DNA of 64,000 bases from Chloroflexota bacterium. GTDB lineage: Bacteria; Chloroflexota; Limnocylindria; P2-11E. Position 1 is the stretch's first letter. The number at the start of each line of letters is the position of its first letter. Position numbers and translations under genes: made by a program. Shown here one piece after another: positions 18,849 through 32,147 of this stretch. A model generated the notes under the pieces. It worked only from the letters and a program-made list of their open reading frames with translations, did not search any database and was not told the DNA's origin. The stretch is from contig VBDQ01000021.1 of NCBI GenBank assembly GCA_005889075.1, positions 12,354-76,353 of the forward strand, in the 5' to 3' direction.

Positions 18849-19828
18849 CGGCGGTCATCGAGGTCGCGAGCCTCGTCAAGAAGTACGGCGAGCTCGAAGC
18901 GGTTCGCGGCATCGACCTTTCGGTCGAGCAAGGCGAGGTCTTCGGCTTCCTCGGGCCGAACGGTGCGGGGAAGACGACCACCATCAGCATCCTCTGCACG
19001 CTGCTGCGACCGACCGCCGGGAAAGCGCGCGTCGCCGGCATCGATGTGGCGCAGGACCCCGCTGCCGTCCGCCGGCGCATCGGCCTCGTCTTCCAAGACC
19101 CTTCTCTCGACGACCAGCTGACCGCGCGCGAGAACCTCGAGCTGCATGGCCGCATCTACGGCGTGCCCGGAGCGGTCCGCAAGCAGCGCATCGACGAGCT
19201 CCTGGGCGTCGTCGAGCTTGCGGATCGCGCCGGCTCGCTCGTGAAGACCTTCTCCGGCGGCATGAAGCGGCGCCTCGAGATCGCCCGCGGCGTGCTGCAC
19301 CATCCGCAGGTTCTGTTCCTCGACGAGCCGACGCTCGGGCTCGACCCGCAGACCCGCAAGCACATCTGGGATTACCTGAGCGCGCTCCGCAAGCGTGAGG
19401 GCGTGACGCTCTTCATGACCACCCACTACATGGACGAGGCCGAGTTCTGCGACCGCATCGCGATCATCGACCGCGGCACGATCGCGGCGCTCGGCACGCC
19501 GGCCGAGCTCAAAGGGCGGATCGGCGGCGACGTCATCACCCTCGCCGTCGCGGACGTCCCGGCCGCCGCCAGAGAGATCAAGGAGCGCTTCGGCATCGAC
19601 CCGCTGGCCGCGAACGGCACACTCCGGATCGAGGTCCCGGACGGTGCCTCGTTCCTGCCGCGCCTCGTTCGCGAGCTGCCGATGCCGATCAGCACGGTCT
19701 CGCTCAGCCGGCCGAGCCTGGACGACGTGTTCCTCAAGCTCACCGGTCACGCCATCCGCACCGAGGGGGCGAGCGAGAAAGACATGATGCGCAACATGGG
19801 CCGGATGTGGCGGGGAGGACGGCGATGA
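18845..19828 (+). CDS. ABC transporter ATP-binding protein (DrrA/ABC-2 type)
   Basis: Walker A GPNGAGKTTT, signature FSGGMKRRL, Walker B VLFLDEPT. The start overlaps the MFS stop (ATGA). Confidence 0.9.
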   Translation: MTAVIEVASLVKKYGELEAVRGIDLSVEQGEVFGFLGPNGAGKTTTISILCTLLRPTAGKARVAGIDVAQDPAAVRRRIGLVFQDPSLDDQLTARENLELHGRIYGVPGAVRKQRIDELLGVVELADRAGSLVKTFSGGMKRRLEIARGVLHHPQVLFLDEPTLGLDPQTRKHIWDYLSALRKREGVTLFMTTHYMDEAEFCDRIAIIDRGTIAALGTPAELKGRIGGDVITLAVADVPAAAREIKERFGIDPLAANGTLRIEVPDGASFLPRLVRELPMPISTVSLSRPSLDDVFLKLTGHAIRTEGASEKDMMRNMGRMWRGGRR

Positions 19829-20694
19829 CCACCGCGGCACAGCGGACGACAATGGTGACGACCCCATTCGGCGAGGTCGGCGGCGGTCTTCTCGGCGCGA
19901 TCTACATCGTCTGGTGGCGCGACATCATCCGCTACTGGCGCGACCGTGCGCGTGTCGGCGCATCGCTGGCGCAGCCGCTCCTCTACCTGGTCATCTTCGG
20001 GACGGGTCTCGCTTCGTCGCTGGGCGGCGGCTTCGGCTCAAGCGCCGGCGCCGCAGGAGTGAGCTACACGACGTTCATCTTTCCCGGCGTCATCAGCATG
20101 TCCGTGCTCTTCACGTCGATCTTTGGAGCGATGTCGATCGTGTGGGACCGCGAATTCGGCTTCATGCGCGAGCTCCTGGTCGCCCCGATCGACCGCGCCG
20201 CGATCGCCGTCGGCAAGACCCTCGGCGGCGCGACGCAGGCGATGATCCAGGGCCTCATCCTGCTCGTGCTCGCTCCCTTCGTAGGGGTGACCTTGAGCCC
20301 CGCGGTCGTGCTCGAGATCGTCGTGCTCACGTTCGTGCTCGCGTTCGGCCTTTCAGCGATGGGCGTCGCGCTCGCCTCGTACATGCGCTCGATGCAGGGG
20401 TTCCAGGTCGTAATGAACTTCCTGATGATGCCGATGTTCTTTCTGTCGGGAGCGCTCTTCCCGCTCGTCGGCCTTCCCAGCTGGATGACCGTCCTCACGC
20501 GCCTCAACCCCGCGTCGTACGGCATCGACCCGATCCGCCGCACGCTCCTCGGCTCGTCCGGCTTTCCCGTCGAGCGCTTCGCGATCAACATCTTCGACCG
20601 GACGCTGCCCATCGCCGTCGAAGCTGCGATCGTGCTCGCCTTCGGGCTGGTGATGCTTGCCGTTGCCGTACGCGCCTTCCAGCGGCGCGACTAA
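19825..20694 (+). CDS. ABC-2 type transporter permease
   Basis: Six hydrophobic spans downstream of the ATPase. ATG at 19825 overlaps its stop (ATGA). Confidence 0.85.
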   Translation: MTTAAQRTTMVTTPFGEVGGGLLGAIYIVWWRDIIRYWRDRARVGASLAQPLLYLVIFGTGLASSLGGGFGSSAGAAGVSYTTFIFPGVISMSVLFTSIFGAMSIVWDREFGFMRELLVAPIDRAAIAVGKTLGGATQAMIQGLILLVLAPFVGVTLSPAVVLEIVVLTFVLAFGLSAMGVALASYMRSMQGFQVVMNFLMMPMFFLSGALFPLVGLPSWMTVLTRLNPASYGIDPIRRTLLGSSGFPVERFAINIFDRTLPIAVEAAIVLAFGLVMLAVAVRAFQRRD

Positions 20695-21215
20695 CCCCGG
20701 CCGACCCTCCGCCGGATCGCGACGTCCATTTCGCGCGCCGCCTCGCGCTCTTTGATGACCTGCCGTTTGTCGTAGCGCTTGCGGCCGCGTGCGATGCCGA
20801 GCTCGACCTTGGCCCGCCCGTTCTTCGTATACATCCGCAAGGGCACGAGCGTGTACCCCTTTTGCGCGACGGTCCCGACGAGCTGCCCGATCTCCTCGCG
20901 ATGGAGGAGAAGCTTGCGCGGACGTAGCGGGTCGTGATTGTCATATGGAGAGTTCGGCCACGGCGCGATGTGGACGTTCCGCAGCCAGGCTTCCCCGTTC
21001 TCGATGCGCGCGTACCCGTCCCGCAGGTTGGCGCGGCCGGCACGGAGGGATTTGATCTCCGTTCCCCGCAGGGCGATTCCGGCCTCGAGCCGCCGCTCGA
21101 TGGTGTAATCGAACCGCGCCTTACGGTTGTCGGCGAGCTGGATCTCGCGCTCGGGGGTGGTCGGGTCCGGCGCGGCCTTCTTGTGGGCCGGCACCGGCCG
21201 GCGGCTTGAGCTCAT
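20691..21215 (-). CDS. smpB: SsrA-binding protein SmpB
   Basis: ADNRKARFDYTIERRLEAGIALRGTEIKSLRAGRANLRDGYA...RPRKLLLHREEI... The start is ATG at 21215 (an in-frame GTG lies about 6 codons later). Confidence 0.95.
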   Translation of the reverse strand: MSSSRRPVPAHKKAAPDPTTPEREIQLADNRKARFDYTIERRLEAGIALRGTEIKSLRAGRANLRDGYARIENGEAWLRNVHIAPWPNSPYDNHDPLRPRKLLLHREEIGQLVGTVAQKGYTLVPLRMYTKNGRAKVELGIARGRKRYDKRQVIKEREAAREMDVAIRRRVGRG

Positions 21216-21232
21216 CGGGTGAGACTAGGCCG

Positions 21233-21268
21233 GAAAAACAAGAGCGGCGGCATCGCTGCCGCCGCTCT
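21233..21268 (-). terminator. Intrinsic terminator immediately upstream of smpB
   Basis: On the minus strand a 12-bp stem (AGAGCGGCGGCA / TGCCGCCGCTCT, plus-strand arms 21241..21252 and 21257..21268) with a 4-nt loop is followed by TTGTTTTTCC. It ends about 18 nt before the smpB ATG. Confidence 0.6.
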
Positions 21269-21470
21269 CGGTGTCTGCTCTCGCAGACCTGCCGGGGTCA
21301 CCAAAGACCCGTGGCTTTAGTTCGCGATCACCTCAGTTGGATGCATTCCGAAAGGCTGAAGTGAGCCTCCATGGGTCTTTGGATTCCCACTGGCATCGCC
21401 CACTCCACATCACCTCCTTTCTTTCGCATTCGATGCTCACACGTCGCGACGGACTCGTCAATGTGAACGA
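21269..21470 (-). ncRNA. Candidate structured leader/sRNA with short ORFs upstream of smpB
   Basis: GC is visibly lower than in the flanks. A 14-nt perfect extended SD, AGAAAGGAGGTGAT, is the complement of 21409..21422. A nested helix pairs 21369..21382 with 21301..21314 (13 of 14 positions). An inner helix pairs 21356..21364 with 21328..21336. A GAGA-loop hairpin lies at 21273..21288. All three frames stay open for 24-29 codons after the SD. Confidence 0.4.
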
Positions 21471-21552
21471 GGTTGCATGAGAGAGGGACCGGACGTGAGC
21501 AAGGTCTGTTGTGACACCGGAGCAACGCTACATCTGTGCGAAGTGCGCCAGC

Positions 21553-21599
21553 GTTTAAAAAGCTAGCTCTTATATTCTGCCTAGGGCAGATATAAGAGC
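21553..21599 (-). terminator. Intrinsic terminator of the M23 peptidase gene
   Basis: The near-perfect AT-rich palindrome GCTCTTATAT(T)CTGCC/GGCAGATATAAGAGC (21566..21599) has the stop codon in its loop. On the minus strand it is followed by TAGCTTTTTAAAC. Confidence 0.6.
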
Positions 21600-22933
21600 G
21601 GGTTGGCCGCGCGCCCGTTCATGATCGTCATGAAGTGGTCGTGGGGTCCGGTCGTGAATCCCGTCATGCCGATGTACCCGATGACCTGACCGGCATTCAC
21701 GTGCTGGCCGACCTGCACCGGCGGGTAGTGGCGGTCGTCGAGGTGACCTGACAGCGTCGCGAAGTTGTTCCCATGCGCGATGATCACGACCACCGCGGTA
21801 TCGCCGTACGCGAGGTACGGCCTACCGACGGTCGTGACGACACCCGGATAGGGCGCGACGACCGGCGTGTACATCGGTGCTGCGATGTCGAGTCCGTTGT
21901 GGAACGCGCCCCAGCGCGGACCGTACGGCGACGTGATCGGCCCGCGGACCGGCCACATGACGAGCCGTCCGCTGAACGCGCCAAGGCCGCTGTTGCCGGC
22001 GGCCTGCGCCGCCAGCATCGCGTACTGCGCCTCGGCGTTGTCGAGCTGGAACTGCAGGTCCTTCGTCGCGCCCTGTGACTGCGCGGCCTGAGACTGCGCG
22101 CTGGTGCGGCCGGCAACGGCGCCGGTGCGGACAGACTGCTGCTCGTCGATGGCCGCCTGCGCCTGAGCGACGAGCTGGTCGTAGTGGTCCTTCTGGGCGG
22201 CCAGGATCTTCCGTGTGTTGGTGATCTGATCCTGCAGGCCGCGGATGTCTTTCTCCTTGGAGCTGGCCTCATCCTGCTTTGCCGAGGTCGACGCGCGAAG
22301 CGCCCGGATGTCATTGGCGAGCTGCACGTCCTGCCGGTTGATGAAGATCATCGCCTGGAGCCGGTTCGCGAATTCGGTCAGCGACGACGACGAAAGCAGC
22401 ATCTCGAGCGGGCTGATCAATGCCTGGCGGTACGTGGTTCGTAGGTGCCGGGCGTAGAGGTCCTCGCGCGTGGCGAGCTGCTTCTCTTCTTCGGCCGCCT
22501 GGGCCTTCAGCGAATCCGCCAGGGCGCGCGTTTCGTCGAGCTGGAACGTGACGAGCGCCAGCTGCTCCTCGGCGATCTGGATCTGGTAATAGACCTCGTC
22601 GGCCTCGGACTGGGCGTCGTCGGCCTTCGCCGCGAGGTCGGCGATCTTCGCGTTGGCGTCGTTCACGACCGCCTGGTACTGGCCGGCGACGGCCTGGTAC
22701 CGCTGGGTGTTCGCTCGCGCGAGGGCGACCGCGCGGGCGAGATCCTCTTTGCGCTTCAGGGCTTCGGTGAGGGGGTCGTCGGCCGCGGCTGGAACGGCGA
22801 GGCCGCCAAGGAGCGCCGCGACGGCGAACGCGACCACCGTCGCGCTGGCGGCGCGCTTCCTCCAGCCCCCACCTCCCCGGCGGACCCGGGGAGCTCCCAT
22901 GAGGGGCGCATCGTGGCATCGCCCCAGGGTCAT
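21581..22933 (-). CDS. M23 family metallopeptidase with N-terminal coiled coil (EnvC-like FtsEX partner)
   Basis: Signal peptide, then a long Q/A/E-rich coiled coil, then a C-terminal M23/LytM domain (HNGLDIAAP...GMTGFTTGPHDHF). It follows ftsE-ftsX. ATG at 22933 follows the ftsX stop. Confidence 0.85.
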   Translation of the reverse strand: MTLGRCHDAPLMGAPRVRRGGGGWRKRAASATVVAFAVAALLGGLAVPAAADDPLTEALKRKEDLARAVALARANTQRYQAVAGQYQAVVNDANAKIADLAAKADDAQSEADEVYYQIQIAEEQLALVTFQLDETRALADSLKAQAAEEEKQLATREDLYARHLRTTYRQALISPLEMLLSSSSLTEFANRLQAMIFINRQDVQLANDIRALRASTSAKQDEASSKEKDIRGLQDQITNTRKILAAQKDHYDQLVAQAQAAIDEQQSVRTGAVAGRTSAQSQAAQSQGATKDLQFQLDNAEAQYAMLAAQAAGNSGLGAFSGRLVMWPVRGPITSPYGPRWGAFHNGLDIAAPMYTPVVAPYPGVVTTVGRPYLAYGDTAVVVIIAHGNNFATLSGHLDDRHYPPVQVGQHVNAGQVIGYIGMTGFTTGPHDHFMTIMNGRAANPLLYLP

Positions 22934-22952
22934 GGTCAAGCCTCTCCTCGTC

Positions 22953-23846
22953 TCATTTCGCCAGGTGCGCGCGGACGGAGAGCATCGCCCCGCCGCCGCC
23001 CACACCCAAAGCAAGGGCCAGCACGCTCGCCACCAACTGCCAAAGGAACGCTGATTCGAACGAAAGTGGTACGACCTCGAGGAACCCGACGAGCGCGTTT
23101 GTCACTGGGCCGGCAGCCGCGACGACGATCAGGAGCGCAGCGACCGCTCCCAGCGCCCCCACGAGCATGCCCTCGAGGATGAACGGCCAGCGCACGAACC
23201 AGTCCGTCGCGCCGACGAGCTTCATGATCTCGATCTCGTCGCGCCGCGCGTGGACCGCGATGCGGATCGTGTTGACGATCACGAAGAGCGCCACGACCAG
23301 CATCATCAGCAGCACCGCGACGCCGCCGATCGAGAGGACGCGCGTGATGGTCAGGAGCTTGTCGACGACCGAGGGGTTGTCGACCACCTCGTACACCACG
23401 CCCTTGCCGATCTCCTGGCGCAGGTCCGCGGCGACCCGGGGCGCGTCCTGGGCGTGCGCGAGCTTGATCTCGAGCGACGCCGGCAGGGGGTTGCTCGAGA
23501 TATCGACGATCTGGATGTCAGGCCGCTGCTCGGCGATCGCCTCGAGGCGCGCCATCGCCTCCGCTTTCGTGACGTAGTCGACCCGGGCGACCGCCGGGTC
23601 CGTCTCGATCGTCGCGCGCAGGGCGAGGACGTCTGAGACCCGGGCGTCGTCCTCGAGGAAGAGCGCGAGCTCGACCTTGGACTCGAGGACGCCGACCGCG
23701 GCCTGTAGTCCGCGGTCCGTGGCGAGAAAGAACGCGAAGAGCAACAGCATCAGCCCGACGGTGAACGTCGACGCGAGGCTCATCACCGGATTGCGCCAGA
23801 AGCCCTGCCAGGCCGCGGCGACGATGTAGGTGGTCCGACCCATCAT
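22953..23846 (-). CDS. ftsX: Cell division permease-like protein FtsX
   Basis: 297 aa: N-terminal TM, periplasmic domain, C-terminal 3 TM, with RRDEIEIMKLVGATDWFVRWPF. Confidence 0.9.
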   Translation of the reverse strand: MMGRTTYIVAAAWQGFWRNPVMSLASTFTVGLMLLLFAFFLATDRGLQAAVGVLESKVELALFLEDDARVSDVLALRATIETDPAVARVDYVTKAEAMARLEAIAEQRPDIQIVDISSNPLPASLEIKLAHAQDAPRVAADLRQEIGKGVVYEVVDNPSVVDKLLTITRVLSIGGVAVLLMMLVVALFVIVNTIRIAVHARRDEIEIMKLVGATDWFVRWPFILEGMLVGALGAVAALLIVVAAAGPVTNALVGFLEVVPLSFESAFLWQLVASVLALALGVGGGGAMLSVRAHLAK

Positions 23847-23901
23847 GGGTCGGACCGTCCTGCTGCGGCCCGCTTCGCGTGCACGGAGTATGAGAGCCGG
23901 C

Positions 23902-24639
23902 TCATGCGGCGTACAGGCCCTCGCGCTCGTCGCGGACGACGTTCCCGTGATCGAGATGGATGACGCGCTTACGGAGCGCGTTGACGATCTCGGCGTTGTG
24001 CGTCGCGATCACGAGCGTCGTGCCGAGATCGTTCACCCGAAGGAGGAGCTTGATGATCTCCCAGCTCGTGACCGGGTCGAGGTTGCCGGTGGGCTCGTCC
24101 GCGATGAGGATGCGCGGGCCATTCACGAGCGCGCGAGCGATCGCCGTTCGCTGCTGCTCGCCGCCCGAGAGCTGATCCGGGAAGTGATCGCGACGCTGCG
24201 AGAGGCCGACGAGCGCGAGCGCGCGTTCGGTCTCCTCGCGCGCTTCCTCGTTCGAGTGTCCGGTGACGAGGAGGGCGAAGCCGACGTTCTCGCCGACGGT
24301 CTTCCGCGGCAGCAGCTTGAAGTCCTGGAAGACCACGCCGACGCGCCGGCGAAGGCGCGGGACCTGCGAGCGCCGCATCCGCGCGACATCCTGGCCGTCG
24401 ACCCAGACGCGCCCGCTCGAGGGAAGCTCCTCGCGGATCAGAAGGCGGATCACGGTCGACTTTCCGGCGCCCGAGGAGCCGACCAGAAAGCAGAAATCGC
24501 CCGCCTCGATGCGCAGGTCGACGTCGCGGAGGGCCTCGGTGCCGTTGGGGTAGTGCTTGCTTACCGCGTCAAGCGTGATCAGCTCCGCAGACCCTCCCTT
24601 GCTCGCTTCCGGCCGAACCATAACCGCGTCTTGGCGCAA
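23902..24639 (-). CDS. ftsE: Cell division ATP-binding protein FtsE
   Basis: Walker A GSSGAGKST, signature LSGGEQQR, Walker B ILIADEPT. The start may be the ATG at 24621. Confidence 0.9.
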   Translation of the reverse strand: MRQDAVMVRPEASKGGSAELITLDAVSKHYPNGTEALRDVDLRIEAGDFCFLVGSSGAGKSTVIRLLIREELPSSGRVWVDGQDVARMRRSQVPRLRRRVGVVFQDFKLLPRKTVGENVGFALLVTGHSNEEAREETERALALVGLSQRRDHFPDQLSGGEQQRTAIARALVNGPRILIADEPTGNLDPVTSWEIIKLLLRVNDLGTTLVIATHNAEIVNALRKRVIHLDHGNVVRDEREGLYAA

Positions 24640-24747
24640 AACACAACGTCTGTTCGGTCGAAATAAGTACTGCCGCCGGCTGCTCCGTACGCCGGACGGA
24701 CAGGCGCGCAGCCAGAAACGGTCGCCAAGAGGAAGGTTCTTGGCCGG

Positions 24748-27572
24748 CTAGGCCTTGATGCCGAGCTGGGTCTGGGCCGGAAGGGTCGGTGTAAAGGTCG
24801 CGATCGATGCGATCTTGGAATCGCCGACGGTCATCACCTTGACGCCCATCGTCGCGCGGCCGAGGGCGCGGATCTGTTCGAGCGGGGTGCGGATGACCAC
24901 CCCGGTCTCGCTGATCAGGAGGATCTCCTGGGTGCCCTCGTCGACCATCTGGATCGCCGCGACGTTGCCGGTCTTGGGGCCGAGCGCCGCGAGGATCACC
25001 CCTTGTCCGCCGCGGCCCTGGGTCGGGAACTCGTCGACCGACGTGCGCTTGCCGAAGCCGTTCTCGGTGACGGAGAGCGCTTCCGTACGCGGGCGGGCGA
25101 TGCCCATTCCGATCACCTCGTCGCCCTTCGCCAGGCGGATGCCGGTGACGCCCTGGGTCTGACGGCCCATGGGCCGGGCGTCGGTGGCCTTGAAGCAGAT
25201 CGCCTTGCCCTTCCGCGTGGCAAGGATGATCCGGTCCGCCGCCGTGCACGGCGCGACCCACGCGAGCTCGTCACCTTTGCGCAGCGCGATCGCGATGAGC
25301 CCGGCGCGGCGCACGTTCGCGTACTCGGCGAGCGGCGTCTTCTTGATGAACCCCTTGCGCGTCGCCATGACGAGGTGCTCCGATGAGCCGTTCTCGCGCA
25401 GCGCAACGAGCGCGGAGACCCGCTCGCCGGTCTGCATCGCCTCCAGGATGTTCTGGATCGGCGTGCCCTTCGCGGTGCGGCTGGCGTCTGGGAGCTCGAA
25501 GGCCTTGAGGGCGAAGACCCGGCCCCGGTCGGTGAAGACGTAGAGGCGGTCGTGGCTGCGGGCGACCACCAGGTGCTCGACGTCGTCCTCTTCGCGGGTC
25601 GCCATCCCGATGACGCCGCGGCCGCCGCGGTGCTGCGCTCGATATGTCGAGAGCGGCATGCGCTTCACGTAGTTGCGGCTCGACAGCGTGATGATGACGT
25701 CCTCGTCGGCGACGAGCTCCTCTGCCGACAGCTGCCGCGGGGTGTCGTCCACGATCTCGGTGCGCCGGTCGTCACCATATTTGGTGGCAAGCTCGTCGAG
25801 GTCGGCTTTGATGAGGAAGAGGATCTTTCGCGGGTTGGCGAGGATCGACTCGAGCTCCGAGATGAGCTTGATGGTGTCGCGATACTCGTCGTCGAGCTTC
25901 TGCCGTTCGAGGCCCGACAGCCGTCGCAGCTGCATCTCGAGGATCGCCTTGGCCTGCGCCTCGGAGAGGCCGAACTGCTCGCGCATCCTGGCGATGAGCA
26001 CCAGCTCCTGACCCTTGTGCGCGCGGATCACCTTGATGACCTCGTCGATGTGATCGTGCGCGATCTTGAGGCCCTCGAGGATGTGCGCTCGGTCCTTCGC
26101 GTTCTTGAGATCGTGCTCGCTCCGCCGTCGGATGACGTTGCGGCGGTGGTCGATGTGGTGCTGGAGGATCTCCTTGAGCGAGAGGGTCCGCGGCTGCGCG
26201 TCGACGAGCGCGAGCATGTTGAAGTTGAACGCCGATTGCATGGCGGTGTGCTTGTACAGGTTGTTGAGCACGAGCGTCGCGTCGTCGTCGCGCTTCACCC
26301 CGATGACGATGCGCATGCCCTCGCGGTCGCTCTCGTCCCGGATATCAGAGATGCCGGGGAGGCGCTTGTTCTGCACGAGCTCGGCGATCTTCTCGATGAG
26401 CGAGGCCTTGTTCACCGCGTACGGGAGCTCGGTGACGACGATCGCATCGCGGTTCCCGCGCAGCTGCTCGTTGTGGGCTTTGGCCCGGGCGATCACGCGC
26501 CCGCGACCCTGCGCGTAGGCTCGGCGGATCGCGTCCACACGCTCGACCGCGCCGGTCTCTACGTTCCGCTGCTCGTCGAAGCGATAGATCGCGCCGCCGC
26601 CGGGGAAGTCGGGGCCGGCCACTGTGTCGCAGAGGTCGTCGGTGGTGAGCTCGGGGTCGTCGATCAGGCGTTTCGTGGCCTCGACGATCTCGCGCAGGTT
26701 GTCGAGATCGCGGCCAGGCGAGCCTCGGTGTAGCGCGGCGCGCCCGGCGGATCGTCGTCGATCGAGTTATGGGCGAACACGCCGGCCGCGAGGGCGAAGT
26801 TCTGCGTCGCGTCGACCGTGAGGTCGTAGACGTCGGCGCGGCCGGCAGGCTCGACCTTGGTGACGCGCTGGGTGAGGCTCGCCGGGATCGGGAAGGCCCC
26901 GGTCCGATGGAGACGTTCGGGGATCGCGGTCCGCGAGAACGGCATGAGCTGGTCTTTTGCCTTGAGCTGCTGGGCCTCGCGGTACGTGCCGTCGCGGAGC
27001 ATGAAGCGGTGATCGGGGGTGCAGACGATCTCCGCTCCGGACTCGAGGGTGACCTTCACGACCGGGTCGTTGCGCCGGACGAGACGCGGAGCGCGCAGCG
27101 GCTTGATGCGCACATTGCGGTGCGCGTCGACGGTGAAGATCTCAGCGCGCAACCCCCTGTGGGCCATCTCGACGAGCTCGGTGAACGGCTTCTGCTCGCC
27201 GCTATAGAGCTCGACCTTCATGTCGCCGCTGAAGCAGCCGAAGTTCCCCTGTCCCTGCACGAGCGGGTAGCGAGCAGCGAAGTCCTGCGCCATGCGCACC
27301 AGCGCGTCGTAGATCGGCGCGTCGCCGTGCGGGTGGTACTTCCCCATCACCTCGCCGTTGATCGCGGCGCACTTGCTGAAGCGGCGGTCGCTCCGCAGGC
27401 CCATCTCGTGCATCGTGAAGAGGATTCGCCGCTGCACGGGCTTGAGCCCGTCGCGCACGTCGGGCAGGGCGCGCGCGACGATGACGCTCATCGAGTAGTC
27501 GAGGTACGCCTTGCGCATCTCGTCCTCGAGCTCGGCGTCGATCACGCGGTCGTCCCCCGGCTGCTGGATCAC
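24748..27572 (-). pseudogene. gyrA: DNA gyrase subunit A, intein-containing and interrupted (internal loss of about 50 codons plus a frame change near 26700)
   Basis: The N-terminal ORF (26664..27572) has [38 protein letters not shown]|intein|[21 protein letters not shown], then goes out of frame and stops. The C-terminal ORF frame reads [37 protein letters not shown]... through to the beta-pinwheel CTD. The segment that should hold ...TVDF...PNLLVNG..GIAVGMATNIPPH is absent. Confidence 0.75.
26766..27236 (-). mobile_element. GyrA mini-intein (157 codons, no endonuclease domain)
   Basis: It begins with Cys (CFSGDMKV), has block B VCTPDHRF and blocks [24 protein letters not shown], and is followed by Ser. 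The flanking exteins rejoin to the conserved GQGNFG-SIDDD motif. Confidence 0.8.
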
Positions 27573-28098
27573 GTGCGCAGGTGCTCCCCGTCCTTCTCGG
27601 CGTGCTCCCGCTCGACCGCGGCGCGGACGCGCGCGAACGCCTCATCGGTCGCCGAGTAGCGCCGCTCGAGCTCGCGGCGGCGCTCGTCCGACATCACCAG
27701 GAACGTCCCGTCGGCTTCCGCCAGCACCTCGTTGTCACTGGCGCGTGAGATCGCACCGTGCGTCTCGATCGCGCGACTTCGCCGCCGGACGACTTCGCCC
27801 ACGATCCGCAGCTCCTCACCCACGACGACCGGATTGCGGAACGTGACGGTCATCCTGGCGGTCACGCCCCAGATGCCCTGATGAAAGATCGCCCAGCCCA
27901 TCGTCTCGTCCAAGAGCGCGCTCTGAATGCCTCCGTGCACCGTGCCGTCGTAGCCCTCGTGACGGCGATCGGGAACGAAACGCGTCTCGGCGCGGTCCTT
28001 CGAGACTTCGATGTCCAAGTGGAGGCCGGCGTCATTGAGGCGCCCGCACGCGAAGCACCAGTGCTCGAAATCGACTCCGAGGTCACGCAGCCTCGCCA

Positions 28099-28099
<1 letters not shown>
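27569..28099 (-). CDS. PaaI-family (hotdog-fold) thioesterase
   Basis: 176 aa: [14 protein letters not shown]...[19 protein letters not shown]...[10 protein letters not shown]. The GTG start shares 1 nt with the gyrB stop, and its own stop overlaps the gyrA GTG (GTGA). Confidence 0.8.
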
Positions 28100-31894
<3,795 letters not shown>

Positions 31895-31905
31895 GACAGA
31901 ACGCC

Positions 31906-31921
31906 CGTCACACGTGAAACA
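31906..31921. promoter_or_regulatory. parS-like site upstream of parA
   Basis: CGTCACACGTGAAACA matches 13 of 16 positions of the parS consensus TGTTTCACGTGAAACA, with the right half perfect. It lies 12 nt upstream of the parA start. Confidence 0.4.
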
Positions 31922-32147
31922 TCACGAGCGGTGTGGCGGAACCTTGTGCCTCGAACCTTGGTAAATCTGGGGATCAGGCTGGGTGTGTTCGTGCTCCTTA
32001 TTCTAGCCGACGGGCGCACCAAAAACCACCCGTAGAGGCGCCTGCGACGGTGGCTGAACCCGCTTTGTCGCGACCGAATAAGGTAGCGGACTCGCCACCG
32101 ATCAGACCCGCCGTCGCGCGCGAACCGGGCTGATAATCCTCGCGCAT

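Noticed and set aside
18665-19867. 400-aa minus-strand ORF
   Set aside because: It is antisense to the ABC ATPase, which carries unambiguous Walker and signature motifs.
21409-21422. Exact match to the 16S rRNA 3' tail (ATCACCTCCTTTCT) on the plus strand
   Set aside because: This is not an rRNA gene, because nothing resembling the 16S helix 45 region precedes it. I interpret it as the complement of a perfect Shine-Dalgarno on the minus strand (see the smpB-leader finding).
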